DNA of 64,000 nt from a virus (Duplodnaviria > Caudoviricetes), in the IMG/VR virus record IMGVR_UViG_3300047319_000106, positions 1,483 to 65,482 of that record; one strand, given 5' to 3'. The position numbers and the translations under genes are program-made. Each line of letters starts with the position of its first letter. The first letter of the stretch is position 1. Below the pieces are notes generated by a model. It was not told where the DNA came from and searched no databases. It worked only from the letters and a program-made list of their open reading frames with translations. This document shows, piece by piece, positions 1-9,701 of this stretch.

Positions 1-776
1 ACCGTTTTGACGCCGCTATTGATCTGCCCGATGTTCGAACCCATGCGACCGAGCACGCTGTCGAGTTGCACGAGCGCCGCCTGATTCTGCATGGCGTTGA
101 TCTGGGTGCTCAGTTTCGAAACCTGCGTCGAGAGCGGGTTATTCGGCAGGATGCCGCCGAGCGTCGTCACGCTTTGCAGCGTGTTCTCGGTCGATGCGAT
201 CAGCACTTTCACTTGCGAGCGCGCGGCGTTCAGCGGTTGCAGGACGCTATTGAGCGTGCTCTTTGCGGCGGTCGCGAACGACGAGACGGTGCCGATCGCC
301 GAACTCAGCGACGCCATCGGCGCGGCGAGAGACGGGAAGCTAGACGAGAGCGTTGTCGCCGTCGAGAGGTCCGTATTGATCAACTCGTCGACGCCCGGCA
401 CCGCGCCCGCGCTGTCGTCGTTCAGATAGTCACGAACGACGGTGCAGGAGATGCGGTAGGGAATCTGATACTCGCGCTCGAACTGCGCTTCGAACTCGGT
501 GATGACGACCGTGTAAATGAACTCGGACCACGACAGCGTTAGCGGCAGGCCGTCATCGTGCATCGACTTCAGCGTAAGCGCGCGTTCGAGCGCGTTCGAG
601 CCGACGAACCAGCCCGACCAGTGAATCGGCGCGTGATCGGCGCCGAGCATGTCGACGACGCGCGCCCCGCCGACGAGCCGGTGAACGACGGCGCGGTGCT
701 CGGTGCGAACGGCGATGTATTCAGGAATCTCGGTATCCTGAAACGTCACATCGCCCAATGTGAGAACGGTCGCCAT
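1..776 (-). CDS. Tail tube initiator/baseplate hub-like protein (3' end outside window)
   Basis: Manually read open frame MATVLTLGDVTFQDTEIPEYI... from the ATG overlapping the tape measure stop; position after tape measure. Confidence 0.65.
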   Translation of the reverse strand, partial: MATVLTLGDVTFQDTEIPEYIAVRTEHRAVVHRLVGGARVVDMLGADHAPIHWSGWFVGSNALERALTLKSMHDDGLPLTLSWSEFIYTVVITEFEAQFEREYQIPYRISCTVVRDYLNDDSAGAVPGVDELINTDLSTATTLSSSFPSLAAPMASLSSAIGTVSSFATAAKSTLNSVLQPLNAARSQVKVLIASTENTLQSVTTLGGILPNNPLSTQVSKLSTQINAMQNQAALVQLDSVLGRMGSNIGQINSGVKT

Positions 777-2617
777 TAGTAAGCCATCCCTGCGGTTAGC
801 TGACCCATCGAAGGATCAAACGTGTTCGAATTGCCGGGATTCGCCGCGCTCTTCGCGAGATGCTTGTCGAGCACCGCGCCGACCTTCTTGCCGTCGAGAT
901 AGACGTCGCCGGATTTACCGCCTGCTGACGATTGGGCGCCGGTCTTGACGTTCGGGCCAAGCGCGCCAGCATCAACGCGCGCCTTTGCGCCGGGCGTCAG
1001 CTTTGCGCCGCCCTGATCCTTCACATCGTCGATTTCCTTCTGCGTGAGCGGGCTAAACGCATATGCCGCCGCCGCAAGCGTGCCGAGCGCGAGAACCGCA
1101 ATGCCGATCGGGGATGCGATCGCGCCGAGCGCACCGATGAGCGATGTTCCGCCCATTGCGCCGGCGACACCTATCGCGAGAGACACCCCCCTCATTGATG
1201 CCGCCAGAAGGTTGACTGTCCCACCGAACGCCATTGCGCCGGCCAGAATGATCAAGCCATCGGCCAGCAACTTGAACGGCAGAGGGTGCTTTTCGATAGT
1301 CTGCGCAAGCCAATCAAGACCGCCCGCGATTTTCAGCAAGCCCTTGGTGATCGTCGGCAGGTACACCGAGCCGAACACCGCGAGGAAGTTTTTCCACGCC
1401 GCATCAGCCGCCACTTCGGCGCCTTCTGGCGACTTGATGTATTGCTGATATGCGCCGCTGAAACCCTTCGCGCGACCGAAAATGCCCGCGTCCTTCTCGA
1501 ACTTGTGCGCGCCAGTGATGAACGAGCCGATGAAATCCGATGTGCCGCGATTCAGGTTTTGCATGACGATGCCGGCGACTTGCTCATCCGTCATGTTCAG
1601 GCCGTACCGCTCGCGGATGCGTGGCGCGACGACCTTCTGAATGAATTCGTCGGGGCGGTGCGTTGCCATCTCGATAAATTCAGGAGCCAAGCCGCCAATG
1701 ATCGGCGTGAGCATGTGCTGCTTCTTCAGCGCAGCCTTCATCTCCGGGTCTTTTTGAACGGCGGCATTGACTGCCTGCTGCATCAGCTTTGCTTGCGGGC
1801 TTACCTTCAAATCCCAAAGGCCGAGGCTAGTCAGGAAGCCCTTGCCCTTGTTGTCCATGTGACCGCCGAGAATGCTGCTGATGTACGTCATCGCAGCGGT
1901 GCCGGCCGTCGGGCCGGTCTTCGCCTGCATGAACGCAGCAAACTGACCGTACAGAAACTTCGGGTCGAACAGCGTGTACGCCATCTTTCCCGTTTGCGAC
2001 GCGTGGAAATAGTCGTTCGGACTGACCTTGCCGCGCGTGCCGAAATACACTTGCGACATCATGCCGAGTTCGCGGCGCATTTCTTCCGGGTTCTGCGACA
2101 CGCGATCGCCGCGGTGTTCGAGCGACTTCACGGCGTTATAAACGAGGCCGTCGACCGGCTTGCCGTCGTTCTGAATGCGCGCGGCGATGCTGAACTTCTG
2201 AAAATCCTCGCTCATGCGAAGTGCGCCGGGCAAGTCGCCGAGCGCAGTGTGAAGGTCGGCGATAAGCGCGATATTGTCGCCAATCGTCGACCCGAGATTC
2301 TTGTGCGCGAGTTCTTGCGCCTTTGCGAAAGCGAGCGCGTTGTCGGACGCCGACAGATTCAACGCCTGAAACTTTTGTCGCTCCTGCTCGAGCTTCTTCG
2401 CCTGCTCATACGGCAACTTGAGTGCGCCGCCGATCGCCGCACCGAACGCGAACATCGCGACACCCTTGGCCGCTTGTTTTTGGATGCTTTCGATCCGTTT
2501 TTGCAATAAACTTGCTTCGGCTTCGGTTTTCAGGAAATCACGACCGAGAGCCGCTAGACCTAAAGACGCCTTGTTGATCAGGCTGATCTTTACGCCGATT
2601 GAAAATGCCTCAAAAAT
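776..2617 (-). CDS. Tail tape measure protein
   Basis: Ala/Gly-rich helical protein with hydrophobic C-terminal third after the tail chaperone; frame extends 37 codons past the track start (2506) to ATT at 2617 behind GGGAGG. Confidence 0.8.
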   Translation of the reverse strand: MFEAFSIGVKISLINKASLGLAALGRDFLKTEAEASLLQKRIESIQKQAAKGVAMFAFGAAIGGALKLPYEQAKKLEQERQKFQALNLSASDNALAFAKAQELAHKNLGSTIGDNIALIADLHTALGDLPGALRMSEDFQKFSIAARIQNDGKPVDGLVYNAVKSLEHRGDRVSQNPEEMRRELGMMSQVYFGTRGKVSPNDYFHASQTGKMAYTLFDPKFLYGQFAAFMQAKTGPTAGTAAMTYISSILGGHMDNKGKGFLTSLGLWDLKVSPQAKLMQQAVNAAVQKDPEMKAALKKQHMLTPIIGGLAPEFIEMATHRPDEFIQKVVAPRIRERYGLNMTDEQVAGIVMQNLNRGTSDFIGSFITGAHKFEKDAGIFGRAKGFSGAYQQYIKSPEGAEVAADAAWKNFLAVFGSVYLPTITKGLLKIAGGLDWLAQTIEKHPLPFKLLADGLIILAGAMAFGGTVNLLAASMRGVSLAIGVAGAMGGTSLIGALGAIASPIGIAVLALGTLAAAAYAFSPLTQKEIDDVKDQGGAKLTPGAKARVDAGALGPNVKTGAQSSAGGKSGDVYLDGKKVGAVLDKHLAKSAANPGNSNTFDPSMGQLTAGMAY

Positions 2618-2631
2618 GATAGCCTCCCGCT

Positions 2632-2877
2632 ATGAAAACACGACAAAAAATGCAGGAATGGGCCGCTGACCGTTTCCAATGGGTTCAATATCCGCACGTC
2701 AAGCCGCTCAACGCGGCAGCGCAGACAGAATCGCCGGTCAGGTTTGAGCATCGAATGAATCCGCTCGCGCGCGTCTCTCTGTTGCTGATTAGCGTCAGCG
2801 GGGCGGTCGTCAGCCTGGCGCTGATGGCCGCATTGCTGTTCGTCTTTGGCGCGCTGATTTTGGCCGCGTTTAGCTGA
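2632..2877 (+). CDS. Small membrane protein (moron, opposite strand)
   Basis: 81 aa with long C-terminal hydrophobic segment, fills the gap between two tail genes. Confidence 0.55.
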   Translation: MKTRQKMQEWAADRFQWVQYPHVKPLNAAAQTESPVRFEHRMNPLARVSLLLISVSGAVVSLALMAALLFVFGALILAAFS

Positions 2878-3349
2878 TCTTCGTCTTCGCGATTTCCGAG
2901 CCGACCAAGCCCGCGACGAGCGCGGCACCGAGAACGCGCTTGATTTCGTGCTCGTTGTGCAGCACAGCCGGACCGAGGAAGGGGCGCGGCGGAATCTTTT
3001 CTGTGCCGAGTTCTTGATACTTGGCGATGTCGGATTCGGAGCCGATCACCGCGTCGAATGCGTGCACCTCGTTTTTTATCGAGTCGCGCAGATCGCCGGA
3101 GCGCAAGAGCGGGTCGTTCTCAGTGAAGCCTTTCGCGACGCGATCGGCTTTCGTCGAGTCTGCCAGTTCAGGCCACGCGCCGAACTGCCCGATTGCCGGC
3201 TGATAATGGCCGACTTCGCTTTTCGCCGTGTCGCGCACGGCGTTTGCCACGGTTTGAAGCCCCGCTCGCATGGCAAGCACGACCGCAGCTTCGCGTGCTA
3301 CCAGGTGAGCGACGAAGCCGCCGATGCTTGTGAATTCTTTCGCGTTCAC
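2870..3349 (-). CDS. Virion morphogenesis/tail completion protein (HK97 gp10-like)
   Basis: Motifs LLRSGDLRDSI and YQELGTEKIPPRPFLGP. Confidence 0.75.
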   Translation of the reverse strand: MNAKEFTSIGGFVAHLVAREAAVVLAMRAGLQTVANAVRDTAKSEVGHYQPAIGQFGAWPELADSTKADRVAKGFTENDPLLRSGDLRDSIKNEVHAFDAVIGSESDIAKYQELGTEKIPPRPFLGPAVLHNEHEIKRVLGAALVAGLVGSEIAKTKIS

Positions 3350-3350
3350 G

Positions 3351-3527
3351 TCACTCCTTCACGAATTCCATTCGGTTGTAATCGAACTTGTTGCCTTCGA
3401 ACTCGGAGAACTTGATACAGAACGCGGCGCGCGTGACGTCATCGAGCGAGAACGCCAAATCGAACGGCACGCCGTTTTTCACAAGCCATAGCGCCTCGCT
3501 GATCGGAACGGAGCGCGCTAGTTTTTT
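3351..3527 (-). CDS. Tail assembly chaperone frameshift extension (gpT-like)
   Basis: -1 frame after A AAA AAC reads KLARSVPISEALWLVKNGVPFDLAFSL...VKE*, has no evident start of its own. Confidence 0.7.
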   Translation of the reverse strand, partial: KKLARSVPISEALWLVKNGVPFDLAFSLDDVTRAAFCIKFSEFEGNKFDYNRMEFVKE

Positions 3528-3910
3528 ACTTCAGCCTGCGCTTCTTCCGGGTCTTGCTGCGCGCCGAAGTTCTCCGACACCGCATTCATCACCGCCGCAA
3601 CGCCTTCTTCGTCGAGGCGCGTAATCAGCGCTTCGATTTCGCGCTCGGTGTTCGGCGCGGCAACTGCCCGGCCGTCGATCGCGGTGATGTAGGTGAACGG
3701 CAGCACCATGTTCATATAGACCACGTTGCGCGCGGCGTCGCCTAGCATCTTCACGAGACGAAACGACGACAGAACGCCCGGCCGTTTCAGCGTCACCGCG
3801 AAGCCGTTCGGCGTTTGAATCGTGACTTCGGCGGCGGCTTTCTTCACGAGCGCGTCGCTCGGCGTTTCGGTTCCTGCTGCGGCTTTCTTGCGGACGTTCA
3901 CAGTCGTCAT
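3518..3910 (-). CDS. Tail assembly chaperone (gpG-like)
   Basis: 130 aa immediately after the tube gene, ends in a slippery heptamer. Confidence 0.75.
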   Translation of the reverse strand: MTTVNVRKKAAAGTETPSDALVKKAAAEVTIQTPNGFAVTLKRPGVLSSFRLVKMLGDAARNVVYMNMVLPFTYITAIDGRAVAAPNTEREIEALITRLDEEGVAAVMNAVSENFGAQQDPEEAQAEVKN

Positions 3911-3926
3911 TTCGTTTCCTTATGGT

Positions 3927-4355
3927 TTAGAGCTTGATGCGTTGTTCGGCGACGAACGAAAGTTTCTGCTTCACGGTGGCGTCGCCCGCCCAATCGCCGG
4001 CGTCGTCGAGCTTGAAAATCACGCCGACGAACTGGTATTGCGACACCGAGCCGTCGACTTCCGTGATCGTCTCGGTGATCGTCGAGCCGGTCAGATTCAT
4101 GCCGGCGTAATAGTTCGCCTCCTGACTCGCAAAGAAGTCATCGAGCGTCGAATCGGTGCGCTCGATTTCGAACGAACCGGACCAGCCGTCCGGGAAAATC
4201 AGGTGACGCGTGCGACCGTCCAAGCCTTTCACTTTGACGTCGGTCGTGTCGGGCTTGGCGGTGAACTTGGTGATCAGCGAGAGCGACAGCGCGCCGTTCG
4301 GCGTCTGGATATTCGCAGAGAGGTCGCGACCGATGGTAAAGCCGTTGAGCGGCAT
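3927..4355 (-). CDS. Tail tube protein
   Basis: 142 aa beta-rich protein directly after the sheath. Confidence 0.8.
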   Translation of the reverse strand: MPLNGFTIGRDLSANIQTPNGALSLSLITKFTAKPDTTDVKVKGLDGRTRHLIFPDGWSGSFEIERTDSTLDDFFASQEANYYAGMNLTGSTITETITEVDGSVSQYQFVGVIFKLDDAGDWAGDATVKQKLSFVAEQRIKL

Positions 4356-4370
4356 GTATGCACCTCAAAA

Positions 4371-4393
4371 GAAAAGCCCGCGCGATGCGGGCC
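4371..4393 (-). terminator. Intrinsic terminator-like hairpin between sheath and tube
   Basis: GCCCGC stem followed by a T tract on the minus strand. Confidence 0.5.
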
Positions 4394-4399
4394 GGGGTT

Positions 4400-5950
4400 T
4401 TACTGAACGCTCGACTGAACTTGCACGGTCTGACCGCCTTGCAGGTTGACGACGAAGTACAGCACGACCGACAGGTATTTCACCTTCACGTCGGCCTGCA
4501 TGTACCCGTTCGCAACCGCGCTGTCGGGGTTGTTGTTCTTGTCGATTTGCACCGAGAAGGGCGCGACCGTCGGGTTGTTGACGTCGCCGATCATGTCGAG
4601 GCGCCAGAGGTTCGACAGGAACGCTTGCATCGCCGACTTGACTTCGTTGCGCAGATCGACCGTCTGATTGCGACCGATCACCGTGCCGAACGCCGCCGCG
4701 AGGGTGATCGCGAGGTAGTTCGTCATGCGGGTGTAGTTGTCGCCATCCTGCCCCGCTGCGCTCGAAGCGTTGCCGCCCGTCTGCGTCGCGTAGTAGTTGC
4801 CGCCCGGCGACGGGTTGCCGATGACGTCGAGACGCGCCTGATTGATCGCGCCGATTTCCGCGCTCGTGTACGGCAGGTTTTGCGCGGTGCGCTGCGTGCC
4901 GACGATTCCGTACAGCGGCTTGTTCAAGCTCGACTGTTCCGGCGAGAGCGCCGCTTGCTTGCCCGCCCAGAACGTCGCGGGGCCGAGCAGACGGTTTTGG
5001 TTGTTCGTCGCGTCGAAATACGTGATCCAGTCGCCGACGAACACTTTCAAGCCGTAGCCGTCCGCGCCGGCCGTATTCAGCGCGGTCGAGACGGTCGTGT
5101 AATTCGCGCTCGGTGCGCCTTGCATGCCGAAATAGATGCCTTCCGACAAGCCAAACGCGAGCACCGTCGATGCGGCGGTCAGGTCCGAGTGATCGACCAG
5201 GCAACCGACTTGCGCGCCCGTACCGCGCAGGCAATACATGCCCTTGCGCGTGCCGGCGTTGCCATCGACGCCGACGAGCAATGCGTCGGTGAGCGTCGTC
5301 GTGCCATCGGTGCCGCTTGCGAAGGTCGCGGGCGTCGTGACGTTCGGCGCGGCGGTTGCCGGGCCAGCGGTTGCGACGACGAGTGCCGACGGGCCGCGCA
5401 CGTTGCTTTGGCCGTTGTTGATCGCGTTGACGATGCTCGTCCAGAGCGCCGCGCCAGTGCCGCCGATGTTGTCGAACACTTCGGCTTGCGTGCCGGGCAG
5501 CGCAATCGTCACCTTGAACGTGCTCGCCTTCGTGCCGGCCGTCACCGCTGCGGTGATCGAGTTGCCGCGCGTGCCGGTGTAGAACGCCGTCAGGTTCGCG
5601 CCGATTGCGGGCGTCGCCGCCGTATCCATCAGCTTGCCGGTCGCCGCGACGTCGGTGCCGTCGGTGACGCGCACGTATTGGATCGCGGTCGCGCCTTGCA
5701 GGAAGAACACGTTCATCGCGGTCGCGAGGTCGTACTTGCGCACGACAGGCGAGCCGAGCCATTGCGCCACGTCAGCGGGCGAGCCGACGAGCACCGGCGC
5801 ATTCACCGGCCCCCACGAGCCGACGCCGACAGCGCCGAGCACGTTCGACGGCACGCCGTTGATGATGAGCGGAGGCGCCTGAATCGAGAGATAGACGCCA
5901 GGCGCGGAGAGCGCCGATAAATTAAGTGCCCCTGCTTGATAGATCGGCAT
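4400..5950 (-). CDS. Tail sheath protein
   Basis: 516 aa; N-terminal APGVY and WGPVNAP motifs, sheath-like C-terminus. Confidence 0.88.
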   Translation of the reverse strand: MPIYQAGALNLSALSAPGVYLSIQAPPLIINGVPSNVLGAVGVGSWGPVNAPVLVGSPADVAQWLGSPVVRKYDLATAMNVFFLQGATAIQYVRVTDGTDVAATGKLMDTAATPAIGANLTAFYTGTRGNSITAAVTAGTKASTFKVTIALPGTQAEVFDNIGGTGAALWTSIVNAINNGQSNVRGPSALVVATAGPATAAPNVTTPATFASGTDGTTTLTDALLVGVDGNAGTRKGMYCLRGTGAQVGCLVDHSDLTAASTVLAFGLSEGIYFGMQGAPSANYTTVSTALNTAGADGYGLKVFVGDWITYFDATNNQNRLLGPATFWAGKQAALSPEQSSLNKPLYGIVGTQRTAQNLPYTSAEIGAINQARLDVIGNPSPGGNYYATQTGGNASSAAGQDGDNYTRMTNYLAITLAAAFGTVIGRNQTVDLRNEVKSAMQAFLSNLWRLDMIGDVNNPTVAPFSVQIDKNNNPDSAVANGYMQADVKVKYLSVVLYFVVNLQGGQTVQVQSSVQ

Positions 5951-6117
5951 TAGTTAGCCTCCTTTGCGACCTTCACGCACTTGTCGGCGTGACCTTCGTC
6001 GATGACCGCTTGAATCGCGGCCGGGTCACTGATGCGCGTGCCGCGCTCGGTGAAGCCGAACTGATGCAGCACGACGAGTTCGTAATCGAACGTCGGCGCG
6101 TCGTCTTGCTTTGCCAT
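5950..6117 (-). CDS. Small hypothetical virion protein (55 aa)
   Basis: MAKQDDAPTFDYELVV...; stop overlaps the sheath ATG. Confidence 0.6.
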   Translation of the reverse strand: MAKQDDAPTFDYELVVLHQFGFTERGTRISDPAAIQAVIDEGHADKCVKVAKEAN

Positions 6118-6131
6118 GTGGAAGAGGGTTC

Positions 6132-6968
6132 CTAGACGGGTTTTAAAACGGCTCTGGCATCGGTGATGATGTTCAGGTCGCCGACAATGACTTGCGGCGC
6201 GTTCGTGACCTTCGTCGTCGCGTAATCGACGCGATAACGGAAGTCCCGACGAAACAGCCGCGCTTTCTCGCCGCTGTCCTGCTGCGGGCTATCCATGTAG
6301 ACGATTCGCGCGTTGAAGCCATCGGGCATCGCGAGAAAAGTTAGGTCGGCGAGATTCGGATCGATCACGTTAGCGAGCGCCGTGCGTTGCGCCGGCGTGC
6401 TGCACCAAAGCGTGATTTGGAATGCGCGGTCTTGGTTTTTGATGACCTTGATCGCGGTTCCGGTGCCGCCCGTTCGAAGCGCGCCGATAGCGGCGTTCGC
6501 GGGCAGGGTGATGTTTGCGCCTGCGCTCGTCGTGCCGGGATAGTCCTGCGCGATGATTGCGGCGAGCGCCGCGGCGATGCTCGCAAGCGTGTCGGTCGGC
6601 TGCACCGAATACGAATACGGCGAGTTGCCGACGAACACCGCGAGGTTTTGCGCGGAGAACGGAACAGGCATTGCGCCGCCGACTGTGACGACGTTGCCCG
6701 CCTTCGAAAGCGTGATCGTCGGGGCGAACGTCGCGAGCGGTTGCCAGCCTTGCATGTAGCGGGTCGTTTTGCGCTCGATCGCCGTTGCGTAGACCGAGAC
6801 GTGCGCGATCCCTTGCGCGAGGTCCGTGTCGAGATTCGCTTGTGTCGGCCATCCGGCGCCGACGCGCACGTTGAAGCCGGTCGCCGACGGTTGATTGGTG
6901 CCGTTCGGATAGAGCCAGCCGGCGATTAGGCCGACGAGCACGTTCTGCACATCGGATAAATCCGCCAT
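6132..6968 (-). CDS. Tail terminator/neck protein
   Basis: Start MADLSDVQ overlaps the upstream stop; position before sheath. Confidence 0.65.
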   Translation of the reverse strand: MADLSDVQNVLVGLIAGWLYPNGTNQPSATGFNVRVGAGWPTQANLDTDLAQGIAHVSVYATAIERKTTRYMQGWQPLATFAPTITLSKAGNVVTVGGAMPVPFSAQNLAVFVGNSPYSYSVQPTDTLASIAAALAAIIAQDYPGTTSAGANITLPANAAIGALRTGGTGTAIKVIKNQDRAFQITLWCSTPAQRTALANVIDPNLADLTFLAMPDGFNARIVYMDSPQQDSGEKARLFRRDFRYRVDYATTKVTNAPQVIVGDLNIITDARAVLKPV

Positions 6969-7612
6969 TACGTTTGCCCCTGTTGCGCGGTGAGCCGCCA
7001 TCCGAGGTCTGTGAGTTCCGCGCTCGAAATGATGTAGCGGCGCGAGAGGTCGTCGGTGATGATGTCGCCTGATCGCAGCACGACGCCCGGCGCTTGCGGC
7101 AGCAGGATCGCCCACCACGCATCACGCACGTCACCCGGCAGCGCAACGCCGCCTTTCTCGCCCTTGGTGCCTTGCAGCACACTCGCAGGCCATCCGGTCA
7201 TCAGCGGCGTCTCATTCGCCGCTGTCGTGCCCTCGTAGTCCGTCACCGCGCCGAATTGCGTCTGCGTATGCGGGCGGCTGACGTTGATCGTGCGATTGCA
7301 CTCGACAACGAGGATCGGAAGAAGCGGCTGCTGTGCTGCGACGAAGAACTTGCCGGTGTCGCCGATCAGATAGTCGCCGACCTGCGTTTGCGAGCCATCC
7401 ATGACCGCGTACCAAGTCGGTTTGCCGTACTTGTTCGGCCGGCGATAGGTCATATCCTCCGCGTTCAGACTGGCGAGCAAGTTCGTCGCGACGATCTGCG
7501 CTGCGCTCATATCCGCCGACGTCGGCCGGTAGAGGGTGAAGGCGTTGCCGATGCGTTTTGCGACCTGCGCATAACCCTTGTAGAGCCTGCTTTGAAGTGT
7601 CGCGCCGTCCAT
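6968..7612 (-). CDS. Head closure/neck protein
   Basis: 214 aa, synteny, translational coupling on both sides. Confidence 0.6.
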   Translation of the reverse strand: MDGATLQSRLYKGYAQVAKRIGNAFTLYRPTSADMSAAQIVATNLLASLNAEDMTYRRPNKYGKPTWYAVMDGSQTQVGDYLIGDTGKFFVAAQQPLLPILVVECNRTINVSRPHTQTQFGAVTDYEGTTAANETPLMTGWPASVLQGTKGEKGGVALPGDVRDAWWAILLPQAPGVVLRSGDIITDDLSRRYIISSAELTDLGWRLTAQQGQT

Positions 7613-7998
7613 CAGACCACCAGTGCGATAGAGCCGCCGCTACCCGATACGTCAAACGCCGGGCCGGGCGGAATGCCTAAGAATCCGCACAGGCGGCGCC
7701 GCGTCGAGTCGAACAGAGCTTCGCGATCGCGCTGCTCGTTCTTGTTGTGCGTCCACACGGCGGCTTGATCGGTGTCGAGGTTGTCGCTCGTGCCGTAGAT
7801 CGCCGTTTCGAGCGCGCCGAGTTGCGTGAGGTAGTTCACGACAACCGTCTCTTCGGCCGCTTGCATGTTGGATATGCGAAATTCGAGCGTGCCGTATTGC
7901 TGAAAGAATCGATACCCGAACGCCTGAACGGGTTGCCCGCCGTAGAGCGGATACCCGCAGAAGCGTCGAACGTCGACCCGTTGTGCGTCGGTGAGCAT
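7612..7998 (-). CDS. Head-tail adaptor
   Basis: MLTDAQRVDVRRFCGYP..., position after capsid. Confidence 0.6.
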   Translation of the reverse strand: MLTDAQRVDVRRFCGYPLYGGQPVQAFGYRFFQQYGTLEFRISNMQAAEETVVVNYLTQLGALETAIYGTSDNLDTDQAAVWTHNKNEQRDREALFDSTRRRLCGFLGIPPGPAFDVSGSGGSIALVV

Positions 7999-8261
7999 CA
8001 GCCTTGCTCTCCATTGATGCCGAGCAAGCGCGCGCCGCGCTCGATCAACAGTTTGATGTCCGCTTTCGCCGTCACCACTTCGCCCGCAAGCCATGCCTGC
8101 AAGTCGCCGGCTTCGTCATAGAAGCCATGCGGAGCGGCGAGCGTTACGGAATCGGGCAGCGATGCGGTTTTTGCGGCCCTGGCGGGCTTCGCGACCTTCG
8201 GTGCAACGGTCGGTGCATCCGAGGTTGAGCGAGCGCCCTCAGGCGCGTTTTCGTCACTCAT
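7998..8261 (-). CDS. Small head-associated hypothetical protein
   Basis: 87 aa ORF with GAGG SD after the capsid gene. Confidence 0.55.
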   Translation of the reverse strand: MSDENAPEGARSTSDAPTVAPKVAKPARAAKTASLPDSVTLAAPHGFYDEAGDLQAWLAGEVVTAKADIKLLIERGARLLGINGEQG

Positions 8262-8314
8262 GTGTGCCTCGAAAGAAAAGGGCGAGCACCTTTTGAGCGC
8301 CCGCCCTAGACCGA

Positions 8315-9625
8315 TTACGCCGATTCGATGATCACAGCGCGCTTGTAGACGCTGTTCGTCGCCGTCGGGATGATGTTTTGGTTCGCGGTGACGTCGGTCG
8401 GAACAGCGAAGCCGCCGATCCAGTACCAGCTTTGCGCGATGATCTGTTGCAGGCGGTCGAGCGGCTCACGCGTAACCATCGCGATACCGTCGATCATCTC
8501 GATCAGGGCGTTGTCCTGGCCGATTTCGTTCTGCGTGATCGCCTCGAAGTCGCCTTCGATCAGCGCGCCTTGGCCGCACATGATGCCGCGGTGAACGTTG
8601 ACGCCGCCGAGTGCTTGCTGCGGCGCTTCGGTCGTCGGGATGATGCGCAGGCCCATCAACTCCATCACCTGACCCGACTTGTACTCTTGCGAGCCGTACT
8701 GACCTTGATACAGCAGCTTGAAGTCTTGATCCTTGAACAGACCCTTCAACTGCGCGTTGTCGGCGTAGAAGTTATACAGGCCGCCGATGGTCGGGACGCG
8801 GTTGTTACGCAGCACCGTCACGCCGGCGAGCAGGTCTTGCATCGTGAGCAGGTCGGTTGCGACGAGCGCCGACGTTGCCGCCTTGCTGTTCGGACGCAGC
8901 ACCGAAGCGGCGTTTGCAGCGACGACCGAGTTGCCGGCCGTGCCGTCGCCGACGCTGACGTTCGACGAGAACGTGAGCGTGCCGGATACGCCATTCGGAG
9001 CGGTCGAGACGTTCGTGCCGTCGACAGCGACGCCGGTCAGCGAGTACACGTTGCCGTTCGCGAACACGACGTTCAGCGGGTTCGAGCCGGAAACCGGCAC
9101 CATCACGCCGTTCGAGGTCACGTACTGGAAGCCGCGCACGTCGTCGACGGCGACGGTTGCAGCGGGAGCGCCGAGGGTCGTGCGAACGCGGGTGTTGCCC
9201 GACAGGTATGCGCCGAAGAGCTTGTTGCGCGCGATGCGATCGAGCGATTGCAGGGCTTGCACGCCGTTCACGTAGGCGTTTTGCAGGAATTGCGACGCGA
9301 TACCGACGCGGGTCGTCACCATATTCAAATCCATGGTGTCACCGTACATATCGATGCCGAGCGTGTACTGCTCGATCGTCCAGCCCGACGGCGTGAGGCC
9401 GTTGTCGAGGTTGGTATTCGATGCCGGCGTGAGCGGCGACGTAACCGGCGCCTTCAAGCCGCGACGGGTCTTCGTGATCGTCTCACCGACCGCGTTCGCG
9501 AACTTTTCGCGATCTGCGACAGCGCGATACGTCAGTTGCGATTCCAAGCCGCTCTGAAACTCGCGAGCCAGGAAACCTTGTTGGATTGCCGGTTGGAGAG
9601 CGGCGGGGAAATTGCTGATCGGCAT
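8315..9625 (-). CDS. Major capsid protein
   Basis: 436 aa after scaffold; C-terminal DRLQQIIAQSWYWIGGF typical of HK97-fold capsids. Confidence 0.85.
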   Translation of the reverse strand: MPISNFPAALQPAIQQGFLAREFQSGLESQLTYRAVADREKFANAVGETITKTRRGLKAPVTSPLTPASNTNLDNGLTPSGWTIEQYTLGIDMYGDTMDLNMVTTRVGIASQFLQNAYVNGVQALQSLDRIARNKLFGAYLSGNTRVRTTLGAPAATVAVDDVRGFQYVTSNGVMVPVSGSNPLNVVFANGNVYSLTGVAVDGTNVSTAPNGVSGTLTFSSNVSVGDGTAGNSVVAANAASVLRPNSKAATSALVATDLLTMQDLLAGVTVLRNNRVPTIGGLYNFYADNAQLKGLFKDQDFKLLYQGQYGSQEYKSGQVMELMGLRIIPTTEAPQQALGGVNVHRGIMCGQGALIEGDFEAITQNEIGQDNALIEMIDGIAMVTREPLDRLQQIIAQSWYWIGGFAVPTDVTANQNIIPTATNSVYKRAVIIESA

Positions 9626-9701
9626 GTGATGCGGTCCTTAAAAGCAAAAAGCCCGCGATGTGCGGGCTTCGGTTTAGTGGGTGCTGCTCGGTTCGGGCGG
9701 G

